Shown piece after piece: positions 1 to 6,980 of a stretch of 25,183 bases of DNA; position 1 is the first letter of the stretch; each line of letters starts with the position of its first letter. The stretch spans positions 1 through 25,183 of the forward strand of contig JAHLWP010000047.1 in the NCBI GenBank assembly GCA_019057865.1, given 5' to 3'. Both the position numbers and the translations under genes were made by a program. The notes under the pieces were generated by a model. It was not told the origin of the DNA. It was given only the letters and a program-made list of their open reading frames with translations, and did not search any database. This DNA comes from Promethearchaeota archaeon (lineage in GTDB: Archaea > Asgardarchaeota > Lokiarchaeia > Sigyniarchaeales > SOKP01).

Positions 1-220
1 AACTTTATGTTTTTATTTGAATTTTTAATTATATACCATATTAATTTTATATAATAATTAGAGAATTGATTTTTATATATATTGATATTACTCTTAAGAA
101 TCTATGAAAAGAATTAATAATTAACCTATCACCAGTATAAACTTCTATTCCTTCCTAGAATTTTTAATCTAAAATAAAAAAAATTTGAGAAAAATGAATA
201 ATTTAGATATTTTTAAGAAC

Positions 221-388
221 CACTCAGGTAATTTAATAGAGTGTAGCTATATTTGCAAGGTGACTCCTGCCAACGAGACCTAAGTACAAGGTCAAAAATA
301 TTGTAGGGGGAGTAGGGCGAAATTTTAGTGTACTTACATACACTACCAAAAGACAAAAATCCAGGGTGTTTAGCAGGAGTCATGGTTT
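221..388 (-). ncRNA. Candidate structured non-coding RNA (unknown family)
   Basis: GC-elevated patch in AT-rich DNA. Perfect 10-bp closing inverted repeat TGACTCCTGC (261-270) / GCAGGAGTCA (373-382), extendable through a G-U pair only on the minus strand. Internal hairpins at 277-293 and 326-345, extra hairpin at 221-243. Minus-strand TTTATATA box at 413-420. Confidence 0.4.
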
Positions 389-521
389 TTTATCTTATTT
401 CTATGGTTAAAATATATAAATAAGCATTTAAGTTCTTTTATTTTAAAAATATATAAAATAAGAAGCTAAGAAATTTTTACCTTTGAATTTTCAAATTTTT
501 TTTTAAATACTTTGAGTTCTC

Positions 522-1139
522 ATGCCTTATATGAGACTATTAGATTTAAGAAAATTTAATTTTAAGTGCTTATTATGTGGGAATTGCTGCTATAATGTAT
601 TACGTAAGGTGGAAACTAAAGATTATGCCTATGATTATCGTGGCAATTTTACACAAAATCCAGAAATCTCAGTTGCAATACCATATACCGAATTACCTAA
701 ACTTAAAGAAAATATTCATCAACAATACAACTTAGATCTTAGGGTTCATCCACAGGGTGTATTTTTTATGAAAGATTTTCCTGTTGGTTTCATATATCTA
801 TACCAAATGGGCGTAAAAAAGAAGAAATTTTGTATGTTTTATGATATTCGTCAAAGGAAATGTAAAATCTATTCTGTAAGACCTTCTACTTGCCGATATT
901 TTCCTCTCATATACAATCCACGTAATATTAGTTTTCCTAGTATTGAATGGGCTTGTACCGGAATTGAAAACGAGGTTAGAAAACAATTTTCTACTATGAA
1001 AGACAAACAGGTTTTCCAGATTGATAATATAGAGTTAGCACGTACCTTTCTAGATGAAATTTCTAATGTTCCAAGTTATAGTAATTTTTATCGTACTTCC
1101 TTTTGTGTATTTGCGAAATTTGGACTTCAGCTTTTCTGA
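522..1139 (+). CDS. YkgJ/UPF0153-family cysteine-cluster (CxxCxxCC) Zn/Fe-chelating protein
   Basis: FKCLLCGNCC near the N-terminus and CMFY..RKCKIYSVRPSTCRYFP, the family's C..Y..RP..CR.FP signature. Confidence 0.85.
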   Translation: MPYMRLLDLRKFNFKCLLCGNCCYNVLRKVETKDYAYDYRGNFTQNPEISVAIPYTELPKLKENIHQQYNLDLRVHPQGVFFMKDFPVGFIYLYQMGVKKKKFCMFYDIRQRKCKIYSVRPSTCRYFPLIYNPRNISFPSIEWACTGIENEVRKQFSTMKDKQVFQIDNIELARTFLDEISNVPSYSNFYRTSFCVFAKFGLQLF

Positions 1140-1280
1140 ATAATAAATTTAAAAAAGCCAAGTATTCGAGGGTTATCTTTTTACTCTTTAGGTCATATGT
1201 TTTATGTCCCATAAGTTTAATATCTAATATTTCTAAAACTACAATATATTATTTAAGTATATTAAGAAGAAAGAAATAAA

Positions 1281-1472
1281 ATGGTAAAATGTCGAAATTG
1301 TGGTAACCTAATGGAATATAAATCTATCCGTGTTGACAATAGAGGGACACTTCTTTTTTATGTGTGTAAAAAATGTGGATTCAAGAAAAAAGCAGGTGGA
1401 AGGGGTAAAATTACAAAAGATGATTGGCAAAGATATGGATTTTATTATCAAAAAGAATGTAATATTAATTGA
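1281..1472 (+). CDS. Small zinc-ribbon protein
   Basis: CRNCG...CKKCG pair with RpoM/TFS-like N-terminal ribbon spacing (KCxxCGxLM...YVCxxCGF); ATG start after a purine-rich leader. Confidence 0.6.
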   Translation: MVKCRNCGNLMEYKSIRVDNRGTLLFYVCKKCGFKKKAGGRGKITKDDWQRYGFYYQKECNIN

Positions 1473-1513
1473 TTTTATATTATTATCTGATTTAGAGAAT
1501 TATTCTTATTATT

Positions 1514-2590
1514 TTAAACAAATACACCAAACATAGGTCTTACCCGTTGGAGATAGAGAGAGCGAATTTTTTCACCTAAATACGTAATAAATTTCTCTAT
1601 AGCTGCTCTAAAATCTCTTACCATTTGTTCACTTATATTCTCATCTTTTAATGTTCCATGAATGATCTGATGCCGAATTTTAATGTTTTCTTTGATAAGT
1701 TCCAACTCATTTTTAAAATCATCAAGTCTGATATTAAAAAATGTTTCAAAAGACTTTTTAACTCCTCTTTTTCCACTAATCTTCTGAAAATTAAGAACAT
1801 CTAAATCTCTAGATCTTTTTTCCAAGATTTCCTTTAATAATTCAAATCGTCCAATTTCTTTCCCTTGGTTTCCCATTTTCTTTTGAATATAGTCATTGTA
1901 GATACCCAAATCTCTACACACTTTATGAATTAACTCCCATTTCCTAAGGTTTCTCCATTTCTCCGCTATGGCGAACTTTTCTTTTTCAATTCCAATGATT
2001 TTACCATCTACAGTACCGTAATAAGAAAAATATGTATTTTTAAATTCATCTTTAATTTTAGGATCTATAGTAGTGCCTATTTTTTTAAGAATATCTTCAC
2101 TAAATTTATCAACTTCTTCAAGTTCTCGCGAAAACCATAGTTCATGATGAAGAAAAAACAAATCTTTTGAAACATTTTCAAATGCAGATACTAAAAAAAT
2201 TAATGCTACAGAGTAATGTCCATCTTCTAATAGTTTGTCTACTCTCTCTAAATTAATATTATATGCATTAGTTGCTTTAATTTGTTCTAGTAATCTATAG
2301 GTATTGGTTTTACCTAAAAATGGAAGTGAATGATCATCATTTAATTGTTCTATAGGAAAATATAAATAAACTTTTCCTGACCTTGGATTATTGTTTAGGT
2401 AACAATTGATTTCCTCATTGTTCTCATCTATTAATGAAACGCCAACGAACTTTTCTCCTTTAAAAAATACTTCTACAGTAGGTTGATTTTGAAAAAGGGT
2501 AAAGCCTTCTGTTTTCAATTCATTAAGGAATATTTCTATAACCTTTTTCACATTTTCAAGAGAAATTTTATCAGCTATAGATTTTGACAT
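1514..2590 (-). CDS. HEPN-domain protein (putative RNase effector)
   Basis: Helix ALIFLVSAFE and C-terminal RHQIIH (RxxxxH, nt 1658-1675) followed by a final amphipathic helix, the HEPN arrangement. Confidence 0.7.
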   Translation of the reverse strand: MSKSIADKISLENVKKVIEIFLNELKTEGFTLFQNQPTVEVFFKGEKFVGVSLIDENNEEINCYLNNNPRSGKVYLYFPIEQLNDDHSLPFLGKTNTYRLLEQIKATNAYNINLERVDKLLEDGHYSVALIFLVSAFENVSKDLFFLHHELWFSRELEEVDKFSEDILKKIGTTIDPKIKDEFKNTYFSYYGTVDGKIIGIEKEKFAIAEKWRNLRKWELIHKVCRDLGIYNDYIQKKMGNQGKEIGRFELLKEILEKRSRDLDVLNFQKISGKRGVKKSFETFFNIRLDDFKNELELIKENIKIRHQIIHGTLKDENISEQMVRDFRAAIEKFITYLGEKIRSLYLQRVRPMFGVFV

Positions 2591-2995
2591 TATAATCCCA
2601 ATTTAAAATATAAGCTTTTTTATCTAATAAATTAATATTCTTTGAGTGCAAAATTTTGCTGATATTTTAATGATTTTCAATGAGCTTTTTCTTTAAATAC
2701 TCAGAAACACAAAATATTTTTTTGTTTATATTAATCCCATTTCTATTCTTATTACATGATAAAGATTTATATTTCTTTAGAATATATTAAATTTAATACC
2801 CAAGTATATTCAGGATGTATTAAAATTGCCATGAGATTTATAATTTGTATGAATTCCAAAAGGATACACACAACCGGAATTGTCAATATATAATTTAGTC
2901 TTATCATAATATTTCACATTTTTAACAGTTAATTTTTAAATTAATATTCAAATCACTCTTATTTAAAGAAAAAATGATAAGCTTATTGAAAAAAT

Positions 2996-3086
2996 AAAAG
3001 AATAAGAGGAAAGAGGGGGTGGTGATATAAAAATTAAGAAAAGGTCTAAAAATGAATAATAACAAATTTTTTCCTCTCATTCTTTT
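2996..3086. repeat. 17-bp inverted repeat (1 mismatch) with 57-nt spacer
   Basis: AAAAGAATAAGAGGAAA (2996-3012) vs TTTCCTCTCATTCTTTT (3070-3086). Confidence 0.7.
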
Positions 3087-3290
3087 CAAAAATATAATTT
3101 CAATATATATAAAGAAAATAAATTTTAGTAAAAATTAGGTTTTTATTTATTAAGCCAAATTCTAAGACTTGACAATATAATATTAATTTTAATATTAAAA
3201 GTAAAACTTCTTTTAACATAATTGATCTTTACTCAATTTTCCAAGAAGTTATTGAAATTAAGTGACTGGTAAAATTATTTCTCGAGTAAA

Positions 3291-3323
3291 TTTTTATACA
3301 ATTTTGTAGAATACAACTTTGTA
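3291..3323 (+). promoter_or_regulatory. TATA-like box overlapped by two tandem palindromic boxes TACAA-N2-TTGTA
   Basis: TTTTTATA at 3291-3298; TACAATTTTGTA at 3297-3308 and TACAACTTTGTA at 3312-3323, about 100 nt upstream of the TFIIB-like gene. Confidence 0.5.
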
Positions 3324-3419
3324 AAACGTGAGGAGAAGGCTTCTTCTCAAAAATTGCATTTTTAAAGGAAACATTTAAAAAGGAAACTCCTTCCCAACTA
3401 TTTCTTAGTAATAAAAATA

Positions 3420-4649
3420 GTGATCAAAAAAATGGTGATTAATAACAATATTTCAAGTTCCATTTCCCCACATTTCTCTTCGGTTTCATGTGATCTATGC
3501 AGTTCTGCTAATATCCAAGAAACTATTGAGGGTTATGTCTGTGGAGATTGTGGAATTGTCTTAGAAATACAAAAACTACAATATGATCGACATTATAATG
3601 ACGATATCCTTCAATATGCCATCTTAGGAACGACTCAAATAGGGACCAAAGGAGAACGACAAAAATCTCCCAATTCTGTGAAGCTTGAATATTTGAACTT
3701 CCTTCATTCAATAAAAGATAGGTTTAAATCAATTCAAGAAAAAGTTAAAATTGAGACAAGACGGATATTCAATTGCTTGAATTTACCCAGATCATATCAA
3801 AGAATTGTATTTAAGAGGGTTAAGGATATATGGAAGCAATTACGACTTGGAACTAAATATAGAAACATCGAAAAATTAGTCCCTATTGTACTCTACTATA
3901 CGTTAAGGCTTGAAAATATTTGCATTAGGCGATTAAAATTGTTAGAAGTCTCAAAGATCTCAAAGAAAGAATTTAATGATTTCTCATTACAAGTTTTGAA
4001 ATTTATCCCTGAATACCAGGAGAGAAATAGACAAGAATACATTACCCACAAAATACTCGAATTCACTGAATCGTTCGAATTAGGAATGCCCTTCTTCTAC
4101 CAATCCAAAAAAATTATGCATAAACTATGGGAGCAGATTAAGAATACGAAAGACGATGTTATCGCAGGATTAGTCACATCTATTTCTGCTTTGTGTTCCT
4201 ACAAGTGTGTTGTTAACGTATCCTCTATCTGTAAAAGACTTGGGATTAGAATGAGCACCATCCAATTTCAGGTAAAAAAAAGAATATTTGAGCAATTACA
4301 AGTAGATGGATTTACCAGCTTAGTTCGATCTTCTGACCTTTTGAAAGAAGTTATGCGAGAATTAGGACTACTCGAAACAAAAGAAAGGGTAGAAGATACT
4401 AAGAATGATATCATTCAAATCATTCTCGGCAATGCTAACCAAATTTTCAACCATCACAAAGGTACTGATTACTATTTTTTTGCTGTGCGAGATGTTCAGA
4501 ATAATCCCGTCTTAATGATGTTGAAAATCTATCTTCCATTGATGAATTTTGAATCTCTTAAACGACCTGAGGGACAGAGAAGGGAATTATTCGATTTTGA
4601 ACATCTTACATTTTATAAAAACAAAGATCCTCTCCTATGCGAAGCTTAA
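3420..4649 (+). CDS. Divergent TFIIB/TFB-like protein (Zn ribbon + cyclin-like folds + C-terminal extension)
   Basis: CDLC...GYVCGDCGIVLE zinc ribbon; RRIFNCLNLP cyclin-repeat helix; second repeat ending SICKRLGIRMSTI (HTH-like). Start may be the ATG at 3432. Confidence 0.75.
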   Translation: MIKKMVINNNISSSISPHFSSVSCDLCSSANIQETIEGYVCGDCGIVLEIQKLQYDRHYNDDILQYAILGTTQIGTKGERQKSPNSVKLEYLNFLHSIKDRFKSIQEKVKIETRRIFNCLNLPRSYQRIVFKRVKDIWKQLRLGTKYRNIEKLVPIVLYYTLRLENICIRRLKLLEVSKISKKEFNDFSLQVLKFIPEYQERNRQEYITHKILEFTESFELGMPFFYQSKKIMHKLWEQIKNTKDDVIAGLVTSISALCSYKCVVNVSSICKRLGIRMSTIQFQVKKRIFEQLQVDGFTSLVRSSDLLKEVMRELGLLETKERVEDTKNDIIQIILGNANQIFNHHKGTDYYFFAVRDVQNNPVLMMLKIYLPLMNFESLKRPEGQRRELFDFEHLTFYKNKDPLLCEA

Positions 4650-4713
4650 TATAGTTAATTAAAATAATTTAAGATGTTAATCTATTAAAAAATTAAATTT
4701 AAAGTGAAAATCC

Positions 4714-5451
4714 ATGAACAAAAAATCAATATGTCTAAGTTTTGTTTTAATGAGCTTACTTGGAATTATAGGATATTCTTATGGCACAACATCGTTGAGC
4801 TTATCCAATAATGATTATTCTCTTGGGATTAAAACAGGAAACTCATTTATCTGGGAAGTAACAACGGTAAATGAAACCGAGATGGAAACTATTTTTGGCA
4901 GTAATTAGCAAGATTTACTTGGTGCTGGAGAATCTAATGCAACAGGGGCAAGATTACAAATTATTATAACGAATATTACTACTACTAGCGTTGAATGGAT
5001 ACTCGACATTAAAATAACAATATGGACAGTTGGAGAGTTTCTATTCTATGATCAATTAACTAGTGAAATCGCTAGAAGCCCAGAAAATTTTGATGTATAT
5101 GAACACTCCTCTCATTTCTTCCCCATTCCATTAAGAGATTATTTACAGAACATTACAACCTTTCCTTTAGGTTATTCGGTTCAGAATAACACTGTTATCT
5201 ATTCGGATATTCGGAATGAGCCTTATGAAGTTTGGTATATTTTTAATGAAGATGTCGGAGTGAATAAAAAATTCCAAATTAAAAACGATGATGGAGATAT
5301 CATTTATGAATATATCCTCATTTCAATGAAGCTTGGAGAAAAAGAAGCAGTGATTTCATTTGGATATATTTTTATTATTTTCATAGTAGTAGGTGTTATT
5401 TACCTAACACTAATGAAAAGGAGATTTTTTACAGTTAAGCAGCCAACATAA
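4714..5451 (+). pseudogene. Secreted, C-terminally membrane-anchored surface protein interrupted by one in-frame TAG (4906-4908)
   Basis: ORFs 4714..4908 and 5260..5451 share a frame and the intervening sequence is open (…IFGSN*QDLLGAGESNATG…). N-terminal signal peptide, several N-x-S/T sequons, C-terminal TM helix followed by KRR. Confidence 0.8.
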
Positions 5452-5467
5452 ATTATTAATTATTATC

Positions 5468-5481
5468 TTTTTTTTTATTTT
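5468..5481 (+). terminator. Oligo-T tract, probable archaeal terminator
   Basis: T9-A-T4 run beginning 17 nt after the stop at 5451. Confidence 0.4.
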
Positions 5482-5650
5482 CATGTTTTTCTGATTAGAA
5501 TAAATCTTAAAGAGAATTATTCAATTATAGAATATGAATTTAATCTATTATATTTACGTATAAAGTAAAAAGTAAAATATGTTTGTTCCTATCATCATAT
5601 TTAAATTCATAAAATAACATTTGAAAAAAGTAATTAAAAAATTGAGCTAT

Positions 5651-5854
5651 ATGCGAGAGATAATAATTAATGATCCTAATGATGTTGTTTATCCTTTAAG
5701 TAAAGATGTGTATGAGGACCTGAAGATTTTATATCACGGAACAAGTAACAGTTATATGGAGAGGATTGAGAAAAAAGGCTGGTGTAAAAACGATCAACCA
5801 CACGATATGAAAGATATAAAATACATCTGTGAAGTTTTTGAAAGTTTAGATTAA
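5651..5854 (+). pseudogene. N-terminal fragment of an ADP-ribosyltransferase-like (H-G-T) protein
   Basis: ILYHGTS...IEKKG is the first-strand motif of H-Y-E/PARP-like ARTs. The ORF stops about 35 aa later with no downstream catalytic motifs, 22 nt from the convergent gene. Confidence 0.45.
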
Positions 5855-5876
5855 AAATATTTCTAGGATTTGAAGT

Positions 5877-6707
5877 TTAAAGTATACTATTTTGAATTTT
5901 ATGATAATAAATAATTATTTCTTCTCTGGGATGATTATAACAGTTTAACATGGGACCTATTATATCTTCTAATATGACTTTCTTATTTTCTAAGATATTC
6001 CTGACATTATATGTGCCCATTGAGTCTCTACTTAGCTCTCTTACATGTTTTTGAGGTTCTGGTGGCTCTCCATAAAAATATTGCCATTTTGATAATCCAT
6101 CGATTGTAAGTGAAATCTGTATTTTATTAGTATAATCAATTTTGCGGTAAAATAATTCCATAAACTTCAGAAAACCTAAAAAATAATCTACTATTTCGTA
6201 TAATTGCAAATGGTAGACCAATTCTGATCTTTCATTAAACAATTCTCTTCTATATGGATTAAAATGTAGACCATAAATTAAAAATCCCCTATTGTCGATT
6301 ATAATACTTCCTCCTTCGTATTTATTATTACATTGATGAATAAAATATCCATTTCCTTCCATTAATTCACGATCGAAGATTAGTCGCTCTTGAGAATCCG
6401 TTGGAATATTATTCTTCAGAAAATTTTTCATATCATTATCAGTCTTAAATCTCCTTACTTTGAAGACCTTAGGAACTATCGAAAATATTAAATTTAGTTC
6501 ATAATTACTTTTAGTTCTATTTAGTTCTTTTGTCAGGTTTCCTATTATATTGGCAATATTTTCCTGATCATTAATATATTCAATTATATGGTCTAATTGA
6601 GATTGGAAAGACGCTTTTTCAAATTCGCTTAGCTTGTCTTTAAGATTATTAATTTTTTCCTTAATCGTTTCTAAAATTTCTATAAACTTTTCACTTGTTT
6701 GATTCAT
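5877..6707 (-). CDS. Hypothetical protein: N-terminal coiled coil + domain resembling the C-terminal module of AlbA_2/Schlafen-type proteins
   Basis: 276-aa ORF; pattern IIIDNRGFLIY…FLKFMELFYRKIDYTNKIQISLTIDGL resembles that module (recalled, not searched). Confidence 0.6.
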   Translation of the reverse strand: MNQTSEKFIEILETIKEKINNLKDKLSEFEKASFQSQLDHIIEYINDQENIANIIGNLTKELNRTKSNYELNLIFSIVPKVFKVRRFKTDNDMKNFLKNNIPTDSQERLIFDRELMEGNGYFIHQCNNKYEGGSIIIDNRGFLIYGLHFNPYRRELFNERSELVYHLQLYEIVDYFLGFLKFMELFYRKIDYTNKIQISLTIDGLSKWQYFYGEPPEPQKHVRELSRDSMGTYNVRNILENKKVILEDIIGPMLNCYNHPREEIIIYYHKIQNSIL

Positions 6708-6781
6708 AATAGAAAATTAATTATTTTGTCTTTATTTTTATAATCTCTTTTATATACAACTAGTATTTAAAATTTTGGTTT

Positions 6782-6806
6782 GATTTATCTTATTATAAGA
6801 TAAATC
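6782..6806. promoter_or_regulatory. Perfect 12-bp-arm palindrome (operator-like) between divergent genes
   Basis: GATTTATCTTAT-T-ATAAGATAAATC. Confidence 0.6.
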
Positions 6807-6980
6807 TATAATTAAAAAAGTTTAAATAAATTCTAAATAAAAATCTAACTTAATTTGATATATAATGGGTGACAGAGCTGGCATTTTTCTCTCTTTTTCT
6901 ATTTTTATAGTAATCATTTAAAGGATTAATTTTTATATTATATAATACAAGAGACATAATTATTAAGAGAGAGTGTTAGT

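Noticed and set aside
261-382. 5S rRNA or tRNA (122 nt, closed ends, GGGGAGTAGGGCG resembling a 5S 3' segment)
   Set aside because: No CCGAAC loop C, the similar segment is in the wrong position, and there is no cloverleaf or T-loop.
213-383. 56-aa minus-strand ORF (MTPAKHPG…)
   Set aside because: Composition unlike the K/E/I-rich local proteins and no RBS; the pairing pattern explains the GC content better. Not fully excluded.
2780-2930. Minus-strand LYIDNSGCVYPF…GN resembling a radical-SAM SPASM remnant
   Set aside because: Short, stop-interrupted and missing the key cysteines; cannot be supported.
3211-3238. dif-like site (TTATGTTAAA on the minus strand)
   Set aside because: The other arm is a poor match, and the same 10-mer also occurs inside the gene near 23710; plausible by chance in AT-rich DNA.
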